This document shows positions 10,867 to 21,159 of a stretch of 64,000 nucleotides of DNA, piece after piece. Each line of letters begins with the position of its first letter. Position 1 is the stretch's first letter. This DNA is from Takakia lepidozioides (lineage: Eukaryota > Plantae > Bryophyta). The notes under the pieces are model-generated. The model was not told the DNA's origin, did no database searches, and worked only from the letters and a program-made list of their open reading frames with translations. The DNA is taken from assembly GCA_030704615.1 (NCBI GenBank), contig CM060733.1, positions 52,762,001 to 52,826,000 of the forward strand, in the 5' to 3' direction. Made by a program: the position numbers and the translations under genes.

Positions 10867-11637
10867 TTGTTGATGAGAAAGATGTATGGCTTCATCCACC
10901 GCTGGCGTGATGAACACGTTCCACCTCCGTCGGTGGGTACGTGTGACCCAGATGCTCCATTATTGGAGGCCGGACTGCTCTTCCGCTTCGTATCATTTCC
11001 AAAATCTAAGGGCTTCGTAGCTGTCCGCAAGGTCATCGGCATCCAAGTCGTCCTCAGGTCCTCCTTTGCAAGGATGCCGTGCTTCCGGAACCGGGACGAC
11101 TGCCCCTTTGGAGGCATCGATTATGCAATGTATTCGGCCACATCGGGAGACATTGTTATCTGGTACACAGATTACACAGAAGATACTGGTTCGATTGTGG
11201 AAACATTGGTGGCTTTTGAGTATATCGTAGGCCACTACGCCTTCGAGCGGGGTGACGATCTTGGTTTGAGGAGTCCGTGGCTCCTGCGCATCCTCGATTC
11301 CGATTTTCCCAGCTACGACGGTCACCCATGCAGAAGAAGGCGCACTGCTATGCTGTTGCGGTGGAACTGCTGCCACTGGACGTGGGTGGACTCCATCGGA
11401 GAGACCTATTCTCCTCGAGGAGTGCGCTCCTCTTCTCCATTGTATGGGGACATTCGCATTGGTGTGGACGACGAAAACGTGAAGATTTCCATATTCGATG
11501 GTGGTATGATTGAAGGGCAGGACATTGTGGTGAACATCACTAGGGGCGGTACAACGGCTGCAATCGACTTTACATGGAGGAGCCCCATGACTCATGAGCT
11601 AGTTCTGAGAGCAGTCGAAGTCCCATTGACAACGTGA
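10867..11637 (+). CDS. Unknown protein, paralogue B (conserved core starts at MPC, ATG 11074)
   Basis: Intact intronless ORF, clear paralogue of 9934-10647. AATAAA at ~11721. Confidence 0.7.
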   Translation: MLMRKMYGFIHRWRDEHVPPPSVGTCDPDAPLLEAGLLFRFVSFPKSKGFVAVRKVIGIQVVLRSSFARMPCFRNRDDCPFGGIDYAMYSATSGDIVIWYTDYTEDTGSIVETLVAFEYIVGHYAFERGDDLGLRSPWLLRILDSDFPSYDGHPCRRRRTAMLLRWNCCHWTWVDSIGETYSPRGVRSSSPLYGDIRIGVDDENVKISIFDGGMIEGQDIVVNITRGGTTAAIDFTWRSPMTHELVLRAVEVPLTT

Positions 11638-12746
11638 CTTGTATTCAGTAGGCACAGGGCTCAAGATTTGAGGGCACAATCAGCACAGTAGACGTGCTTC
11701 AAATGCAATTCATGTGGATCAATAAAAACCTCATTGTGCCCTCTTTTTATTCTATTCTGTGTCCATCGTTCCGAGAATGCGTCATTGCTCATTTCGTTTG
11801 GGATTGGGAGTGTGGGTGAATTTTGCAAATGGCTGGTAGGCTGAAATGGGCCCCCATTGTACAGAGCAGTACCACCCTACCATTCGCGAAACATTGCCTT
11901 TCAATATATAATTCTAAATAACATTGCCGAACCTCCTTCATCGGGAGGTCCTTCTCCCCCTATGACCGTGGCACCCTAAACCCTATTCCCGCGGACACTC
12001 ATTTCCGGAAAATAGTGCTGCTCATGTTTTTTTCCACACTTACGACTCTGCTCATGGCTCATGCCGCTCATGGCTCATGGCTCATGAAATAGCAGCCCCC
12101 CCGTCACAATCGTCACAGCAGACACAGCCACACAGCCAGTCACAGCCAAACACAGTCGCACAGCCAGTCACAGCCCGTCACAGTTTCACACAGCCAGTCA
12201 CAGCTTGACACAGCTGTCACGACCATAGGGAATGGAGAGCAGGACAGGGAACGACTATGGGGAACAACACCTGCAAATGGAACATGTTAGTTCACGGACG
12301 ACGGTTAGTGAGGGAAACGGTTAGAGCCACGGGTAGGAAGATGAAGGGAGAAGCAGGGATTTTTGGAGAGGAGGATCATGATTCTTGGAGCACTTCTGGG
12401 TCATGCATGAGAGGAGATCGGGCGGAGAGCAAGATCGGAAGCAAAGATGGAGGAAAGAGGATTAGTAGATGCTTGTTATATGCAAAGCGATAGTGATATC
12501 GTAGAGCAGATTAGAGACACAATGGCTTCGGCCTGATACCTGATAAATCATAATCTGATACTTATACGATACAATCACACTGTGTAGAGAGATCTGAGTG
12601 AAGCTGTGGAATGAATGGATGAGTTGATGGAATCCAATAGATTGATGAAGCAAACTGATACTTAATTATCAATGGTAAGGTAGCTAACATGAATGCCAAA
12701 AGGGAAACAAATAGGAAACAACCCCATGATACACTAGCTGTAGGTC

Positions 12747-13382
12747 ATGACTGATTGTTCTGCGCGGGCTGAGTACTTAGAGATTTCCAACTCTTCTATC
12801 TTGGAGTTTCCGCCTCGGATAGCGAAGGGATGGGTGAGTAAAAGCCGCGCGACATTTGGCGACCATACTGGGGAACTGAGTCATGAACAACCAGATGTGA
12901 CAGGCATCTGGTGGGATCATGGTGGTTGGACCATTAAAGAATTTGAAGTGAATCAAATTCCCTGTGGAACGAAGGAAGAAAGATTGTCCAAACAATTCTT
13001 TCAAAGGTTCTTGGAATTGCCAGACGGTTGTAAAGAAAATATTCTTAAGCGAGTGCATGATGCTGATCCGGAATGGGGTCTGGAGAAAGGAGTGATAAAG
13101 ATTTATCAGGTAGCCTGTAGAGGAAGAGCACGTTGGTTACCAACATTGGTTTATGTGATAGCATTGCTATCCATTAAGCGAGTAGAGTTTGAAGGCTGGG
13201 AAGAAAGAAAGGTGAATGTTTATACTCATATGCATGAAGAGCTTGTACTGGTAAAGAATTGGATTCCAAAGGATATTTTGTGGATCAAACTCACACCAAG
13301 AACAGCTTTTCCAGACTTGTTTGCCATATGGTTATATGGTAACGGAGACTTCAAGTATAGCCAAGGGTGCATTGAAGCTTGA
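12747..13382 (+). CDS. Extra ORF (211 aa, unknown function) upstream of gag in the Gypsy element
   Basis: Intact ATG-to-stop ORF between the presumed 5' LTR and gag, with globular-protein-like composition. Confidence 0.55.
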   Translation: MTDCSARAEYLEISNSSILEFPPRIAKGWVSKSRATFGDHTGELSHEQPDVTGIWWDHGGWTIKEFEVNQIPCGTKEERLSKQFFQRFLELPDGCKENILKRVHDADPEWGLEKGVIKIYQVACRGRARWLPTLVYVIALLSIKRVEFEGWEERKVNVYTHMHEELVLVKNWIPKDILWIKLTPRTAFPDLFAIWLYGNGDFKYSQGCIEA

Positions 13383-13464
13383 AAGAAACCCAGGCATATA
13401 CGAGAGATATTACAGAAGAGAGTTTTGGTTATTGCCACATTAAAAGAAATGAAAGACATGGGAC

Positions 13465-16400
13465 ATGAGTGATGAAAGAGAAGCTAGACGCCAGAGATAT
13501 TCAGCAAAAAGAGAAAGCTATCTGAAAGCTAATTATCCATATCTTTGGGAGAGAGGAATAGACATAGGGGAATCATCTGGACCTCTCACACCATTAAGAT
13601 CAAAGAGTACATCACCCATACCGGAAGAACTAGAGTTGGATGCCACTCCTTCTGTTTCTTTGCAAGAAAGATTAAGGGAATTGGTACAGGAAAGAAGATC
13701 AATCACGAGGTGAAAGATCTGAGGTACATCCCTGGATAAAAGATTTGACAGAAATCTTTGATAAGAGTTGGCATGGAACACCAAAAGCAGGAACTCCAGT
13801 TTCTGAAGCGGAAGGTGAAGAAGGAGAAGAGGATGTGGCAGAGCCAACGGAGAGTTCAGACTCTCCAACACCATTACAGTTGAGTTACATGAGTGAAGAA
13901 GAAACCCAAGGGCAAACTTGGAGGATGAAAACAGAGAGAAGAAATTGGAAGAGGAAGAATATGAAGAAGTAGACCCAACAGCTGAGGTTGAGACTACAAC
14001 CAGGACATCCCAACCCGTTGGACCTGGATCAAGTGGAGCACTTGGATCACAGGCCAACGAAGGTGTCGGCTCAGGGGGATCAGGCGGGCTGCCTGGATCT
14101 GGCTCTGGGGGGACAGGGAGTGTGGGAAGTAGTGCAACTGAAGCTGGGAATACTGTGAATATCGTGGGGCCGGAAGCAGGGAGTGCTCAAGGGCCACCAC
14201 TTGGTGGAAGATCCACCACAAAAACAACAGGTCCAGAAGGACCAGCACCAGCAAGGGTGCCAGCACCTGTCAGTGGGCAGAAGGTAGGGCCACAGATGGC
14301 GTTACAACCAACACGGGCAAAACCACCCTTTCCAATATATTCAGGAAAAGGGGATCCCGATGTACACATTAGCCAATTTGAGCACATGTGTATAGTGAAC
14401 AATGAGAATGGCGATGATGCCAAGATGAGATTGTTTCCTTGTTCACTTATCAAGAAAGCAAGTGAATGGTATGCAAGATTCCTGATAATCATTTCCTAAC
14501 CTGGAATGGCTTGAATACAACATTTCGAAATAGGTTCAGGACAAGTAAAACTGAAGATGAAGTGTATGGAAGTTTACAACAGTTAAAGCAAAAGAAGCAT
14601 GAAACTGTTGAGGAGTATATGGAAAAGATGGAATTGATGATGAAAAAGCTGGCTGCAGTACCAGCACCCGGTTTACAGAAGACTTGGTTTGTGAGTGGAC
14701 TAAGACCAGAGTTGCAAAAGAAAGTGGATATGTTACCCCATAATACAGTGGAGGAGGCATTTGAAACTGCAAACAGAATTGAGCAATTGGGAATGCTCAG
14801 GAGAGAGAAAAGGGATGATGAGGACTCTGAGGATGAGTCAGATGAAGAAGAAGAGCAAGAACTAAAAAGGAAGAGTAAGAGAAAGGAGAAGTTGAAGAGG
14901 GATAACTATGAAAAAAGATTGGAAGAAATCTTGAAGAAGTATGCCACAGAGGCTGCAACACATTGGAGGAAGGGTGTATGGTGTGCAAAGTGCCAGAATG
15001 AAGGCCATACCACCACAGAATGCCACATGAAGGAGAAACACTGTACTATCTGTAAAATGGATAACCATTCTACTGAGAATTGTTACTACAACAGAAGGAC
15101 AGCTGCAAGAGAACCTAGGCAAGTAAGGGTGCATCAGGTGCAGCCCCAGCCAAGAAGAAACAATGATCAGGACCACTATGGTAGGTCTGGTGGTTATAAC
15201 AATGGCATGGAAGGGAGAGGTAATTCAAGAGGGAATTACCAAGGAAATTCCAGAGGCAACTATCAGGGTAATCCAAGGGGGAATTACCAGCCCGGGAATC
15301 AGGATTATAGAAATAATCCAAGAACAGACCAAGGGCGAGGACCCAATGGTGAAGAACTATGTTACTATTGTAATCAGCCAGGACATCGCAGGGCAGCCTG
15401 TTCATTCTGGATAAGACACCAGAATGAGATGAGAGCTCCTGTGAATGAGGGCCCAGTGGTGGCAGCTCACATGGTTAGGCCATGTGTTGTACCAGAAGTA
15501 AGTACAATGATAGTAACAAGAAGTAAAGCCAAACTAATACCTCCAGTAGTAGAGGAAGAAGATGATAATGAAGGTGGCAATGATATGCCTGAAGATGAAG
15601 AGACTTGGAAGGATGAGAAGGAACTGCACAAGGAAGTGGCAGATACTATAAGGGAAATGCAGAAGAGTACTGATATTCCTGTGGCAGATTCCTCTGATTC
15701 TGATGGAGAAGAAGAAGGGAGTGAGGAAGAAAGGAAGAAAGAAGATGCAGACATGCAAAGTAATGAAGAGACTTTGGCTGAAGTAATATGCCAGACCAAA
15801 GCAGAAATTACCATTGGACAGCTATTAGCTGTGGCACCTTATTGTAGGCACAGGCTGTATCAAGCAATCAATCGAATTGCCCAGGAGACAGGAAACACAG
15901 ACCTGAACAGCAAGGTGACCAGTTATAATGTGAAGCCGGAAGGGCGAGAAACAGTCATGGACTTTGATGATTCTATGCCAGTAATCCAATTGAGAATTGG
16001 AAGCACAGAACTAACTGATGTACTGATAGATGGAGGTTCTGGAGTAAATATCATGACAGACCAATTAAGGAAGAAGCTTGGTCTAAGTAACATGAAACCA
16101 GCCCCATTTACAGTAACAATGGCAGATCAAAGAAGTGTACAGCCATTGGGATTAATAAGAGGAGTTAAGATACAGATACAGAAGATGATCTTTATGATCA
16201 CAGTAACTGTGTTGAAATGGATGAAGTCATGGAGGCTTACTCCTTATTATTGGGACGTCCGTGGCTGAAACAGGCCAGGGTATTCCATGACTGGAATTCT
16301 CAGTTACTAACCGTGCATAATGGGATACACGAGATACAAATTACCACAAAGAAATCTAGTAGATTACCTGCTACAAGAAGACCTCGAGGAGTCAGAGAGT

Positions 16401-19400
16401 ATGACTGGAAAGGAGGACTGGATGAGGAGCAGGAAGCTACCCTATTTGCTGCACACCCAGAGTGGGAGCAGGTTGCAGAGATGCGGCTGGAAAGCCTAAG
16501 TTGTTTAAGAGGTATCTGCTGTGGTGTAGTGACAGCAACACCAACTGAAGAGGAAACCAGCAGTTACCCATCACATTTCTATGAAGAAAGAGAAGGAGAA
16601 ATGGAAATCCTAGAAGAACCAGCCACTGTGAGCTTACAGGATGAAGTGGTGACTGGTTGGACAATCACAGCTGATGAGCAAGTGAGGGAAGTGAATGTGG
16701 GAACTAAAGAGGAACCGAGGATGGTGAAAGTAGGAGCTGATTTGGAGCCGGAGTTCTTTGAAGAAGCTAAAAGCTTGTTCATCAAATACAGAGATGTATT
16801 TGCTTGGAGCTATGAGGATTAAAAGGGATACCACCTGAAGTCTGTCAGCATAAGATTGAACTGGAACCAGGGTCAGTACCAATCAAGCAGGCGAGGTACA
16901 GAATGAATCCCAACTACGCACAGAAGGTTGGAGAAGAGATTAAGAAGTTGGCTGAGGCTAAGTTTATATACCCAATAGAGTATACAACTTGGTTGTCACC
17001 CATTGTTATAGTTCCCAAGAAGAATGGCAAACTAAGAGTATGTGTGAACTACAAGAAGCTGAATGCTTGTACGAAGAAAGATCCTTTCCCTTTGCCATTC
17101 ACAGAAGCATATTAGACACTGTGGCAGGCCATGAGATGTACTCATTCATGGATGGCTTCAGTGGTTATAATCAAGTGCAAGTGGCAGAAGAAGACCAAGG
17201 GAAAACAGCTTTCATCACAGACTGGGGGCTTATGCATACAAAGTCATGCCCTTTGGACTTTGTAATGCACCAGCGACCTTTCAGAGAGTGATAAGTGAAT
17301 CTTTTCATGAGTATCTGGATGATTTCATGCAGGTATTCTTGGATGATTTCAGTGTGTACAGCTCTAAGAATGAGCACTTGCATAAATTGGAGTTATGTCT
17401 GGCCAGATGCAGGATGAGAGGTCTGGGCCTGAATCCAGAGAAGTGTACTTTCTGTGTGAACTCAGGGGTGCTTCTGGGACACATTGTGTGTAAGAAGGGA
17501 CTTCTTGTGGATCCCAGAAGACAGAGTCCATTAAAGCCTCTCCACCACCAGTGAATGTTAAAGTCTAAGGAGATTCCTTGGGCAAACCAGTTATTACAGA
17601 AGATTTGTCAAAAGGTATGCACAAATAGCAGCACCATTGAGCAAGCTACTGAAGAAAGATGCAGTGTTTGCCTGGACAGCTGAATGTCAACAGGCTTTTG
17701 AGGAACTTACACTGTCAGTAACAACTACACCTGTGCTGATTAACCCTCACTGGCATGTAGTATTTCATGTTCACTGCGATGCATCAGGAGAAGCGTTGGG
17801 AGCGGTGTTAGCCCAGAATGTTACAGGAAATATAGATTCACCTGTGTACTATGCTAGCAGGTTGATGAACAGTGCTGAAAGGAACTATAGCACAACGGAA
17901 AGAGAAGCATTGGCAATGATCTATGCAGTGAAGAAATTCAGGCATTACCTGTTGGGCAAGAAGTTTATGTTCTATGTGGATCACCAGGCTCTGATATACC
18001 TGGTAAACAAACCTCTGATAAGCGGAAGAATAGCAAGATGGTTGATAATCTTGCACGAGTTTGAGTTCGAGGTTGTTTACAAGCCTGGGAGACTGCATCT
18101 TGTGGCGGATCACTTGTCACGGTTATCAACAGGAGAACCAGCCACAGGAATAGATGATCAATTACCAGATGCGAGTCTCTTTGCAGTGGAGGTGCAGGGA
18201 AGTGCAGATGACTGGTTAGATTGGCAGTGGCCAATCAGATACTACCTTGCTCATGGTCAGTGCCCACCTAGTTATGGTAAGGAGCAGAGGAAGAGAATCG
18301 CTATCAAAGCTTTACCTTATACTATGGTAGGAAGCAGAATGTATAAGCTAGGACCTGATGGAGTACTAAAACGATGCTTGTACCACCATGAAGTAAATAA
18401 AGTTTTGGAGGAAGTTAAGGAGTGGCTGGAGGTCATTTTGGAGAAGAGACTACCAGTAGGAAGATACTACTCGCAGGTTACTGGTGGCCTACTTTGTTCA
18501 AAGATGTACACGAGTATTGTCAGAGTTGTGATGAATGTCAGAGGCTAGGACCTTTGCAGAGATCTGGAAGGATGGCCTTGCATCCTACAATGCCTACGGA
18601 ACCATTTCAGAAATGGGGACTAGACTTTGTTGGACCAATTAACCCACCAGCCAAGAATACACGGAACAGGTACATAATTACAGCCACTGATTATACTACG
18701 AAGTGGGTGGAAGCTAAAGCTTTGAGGGACAACACAGCCAAGTCCACAGCAAGGTTCCTGTACGAGAACATACTTACACGATTTGGCTGTCCCTTAGAAT
18801 TTATCAGTGATCAGAGGAAGTCACTTCATGAATGAGACCATTGAGTTGTTGACTAAAGAGTTCATGATTGTGCATAGAAAGAGTACAACATATTACCCAC
18901 AGGGTAATGGGCAGGCAGAGGCTACCAACAAAATACTATGTACTATCTTGGCTAAGATAGTCAATGCAAACAGAACGGATTGGGATACAAAGCTGCTGAT
19001 AGCTTTGTGGTCATACAGGACTTCATATAAAGTCACCACTAAGTACACCATTCCAATTAGTTTATGGTATGGAAGCCTTACTTCCAGTGGAATTCCTGTT
19101 ACCTACCATGAGAACGGAGTGGGGAAAGAGAATGGAATTGCAAGATTCCATTAAGGTCAGGAAACATGAATTATACCATGTGGAAGAAGTACGTGCTGAT
19201 GCAGCTGATAATATGACCAGAATTCAGATGAAGAGAAAGGAACAGTTTGATGAAGGCAAGTTAAAGACTTTTAAGACGGGGGATTTGGTTCTATGGTTGC
19301 AGAAGAAAGGAAAGATTAAAGCTTCTAAGCTTAAATCACCATGGAAAGGACCTTATGTCATACAAAAGATGTATGATAACAACACCGCCATGTTACAAAC

Positions 19401-19500
19401 CATTAACAAAGAAATGCTGGGAAGAGTCAATGCCAATAAGTTAAAGGGATACAGTGGTATCCATGACAAACCATTGCAGCATGATTTGCATGTTGAAACG
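13465..19500 (+). pseudogene. Gypsy gag-pol broken by multiple frameshifts
   Basis: Domains are split over ORFs 13918, 14466, 16217, 16903, 16989, 17246, 17637, 18422, 18807 and 19069. Confidence 0.85.
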
Positions 19501-19589
19501 CAAGAGCAGTCACGGGCTGCACCAGTGTTACCAACGGAGTATGGAGCACTTGTCGCTAGGCCAAGCATATATGACCAGGGGGCGGCGGA

Positions 19590-19870
19590 AAAAGGCGAAA
19601 CACAGCCTATCACAGCCCATCAAGGCGAAACACAGCCTATCACAGCCCATCAAGGAGAAGCACAGCCTATCACAGCCCATCAAGGCGAAGCACAGCCTAT
19701 CACAGCCCATCACAACGTGACACAACCTATCACAGCCCATCACGGCGCAACACAGCCTATCACAGCCAGCACGGCAAACACAGCCTATCACAACCTACCA
19801 CAGCATCACAGCCTATCACAGCGTACCACAGTATGACACAGCCTGTCACAGCTCAACACAGCCTACTAGG
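19590..19870 (+). repeat. 30-bp tandem repeat (ACACAGCCTATCACAGCCCATCAAGGCGAA) downstream of integrase
   Basis: About 6 clear copies plus degenerate ones, translating as QPITAHQGE(T/A). Confidence 0.9.
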
Positions 19871-20659
19871 GTTACACGATCCATAGAATCAGTGACAGGT
19901 GGACGCATAATAACTTCAGGAAAATGGCTGACGGAAGAAAAGACGAAACCAGTTAAAAATAGACACGTGGAAGTCAGGTGCGACACACAGCTGAGAAGGA
20001 AGTGCAAGAACAGGTGTCATAAAGAAAGAGGACAAGAACGGCCGTCAAAAGGGATGAAAGGCGGGCCCATTAATGGATACGGAAAAAGGGGAACGGAACG
20101 AACGGCAAGTACAGAAAAGCGAAATTCTTGTCACATGTGTGATCCTAGTGGACTATCCAGCAGGGAAAGTCCACTAAAGAAAATGAAATCTAAAATCAGT
20201 CACAGCGGTTACAGCCAATAGAAAGCCAGAGAAAGGATCAAGAAATTGGAGGGAAATTAAGCGCAAGAGGCGGCGTCGTTCTGAGTAACGGGCGTCTCGA
20301 CGGGACAGACCATCAATGCTATAGCTTTGAAACTATGGAGGAACTAACAGACTATACGCTTGCAATATTACTTACGCAGTGGCATAGACACGAAAGAACA
20401 GAGCGGAGCTTTTCTCTTGACGATGCTTGCAAGCTCCGCAGGCTTACAAGAAATTACCCATAGCTTTCTGTGGCAACCATACGTTTATGCTTTGTGCACT
20501 ACAGGCATTTCTTGCAGTTGTTACAGCCAAAACATTTCTGTGAGTCTAAAATGAAGAGAGTGAGAGGAATGGAGGAAATCAGGGTGAAGAGCACCACAAT
20601 TCTGCAGAAACAAACGATTGCTACCCCACAGGCGATACAGATACTGAAGGAGCTGAGAT

Positions 20660-21159
20660 NNNNNNNNNNNNNNNNNNNNNNNNNNNNNNNNNNNNNNNNN
20701 NNNNNNNNNNNNNNNNNNNNNNNNNNNNNNNNNNNNNNNNNNNNNNNNNNNNNNNNNNNNNNNNNNNNNNNNNNNNNNNNNNNNNNNNNNNNNNNNNNNN
20801 NNNNNNNNNNNNNNNNNNNNNNNNNNNNNNNNNNNNNNNNNNNNNNNNNNNNNNNNNNNNNNNNNNNNNNNNNNNNNNNNNNNNNNNNNNNNNNNNNNNN
20901 NNNNNNNNNNNNNNNNNNNNNNNNNNNNNNNNNNNNNNNNNNNNNNNNNNNNNNNNNNNNNNNNNNNNNNNNNNNNNNNNNNNNNNNNNNNNNNNNNNNN
21001 NNNNNNNNNNNNNNNNNNNNNNNNNNNNNNNNNNNNNNNNNNNNNNNNNNNNNNNNNNNNNNNNNNNNNNNNNNNNNNNNNNNNNNNNNNNNNNNNNNNN
21101 NNNNNNNNNNNNNNNNNNNNNNNNNNNNNNNNNNNNNNNNNNNNNNNNNNNNNNNNNNN
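20660..21159. other. Assembly gap (500 N)
   Basis: Run of N. Confidence 1.

Larger units (their letters stand above)
1..12102. mobile_element. Large putative DNA transposon (MULE-like, GCM-domain), right portion, carrying a ParB-methyltransferase gene, an unknown paralogue pair and palindrome arrays
   Basis: One palindrome family ties together 1568-10844 and was not seen elsewhere in the window. A transposase-like GCM ORF lies at the left. The right end has GCTCATG subterminal repeats (12020-12086) ending in ...ATAGCAGCCCCCCC (G-run start on the other strand, as in MULE TIRs). The left end, the other TIR and the TSD lie outside the window or cannot be checked. Confidence 0.6.
12103..20659 (+). 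mobile_element. Ty3/Gypsy LTR retrotransposon (no chromodomain seen), 3' end lost in the gap
   Basis: Domain order gag (three CX2CX4HX4C knuckles), protease (LIDGGSGVN), RT (FLDD), RNase H (HCDASG), integrase (WGLDFVGP...YYPQGNGQAE...WKGPY). The 5' LTR is roughly 12103-12670; its boundaries are uncertain with no second LTR to compare. Confidence 0.9.

Noticed and set aside
12671-12690. Gypsy primer-binding site TGGTAAGGTAGC
   Set aside because: The position is plausible, but I cannot match it to a tRNA and there is no second LTR to confirm the boundary.
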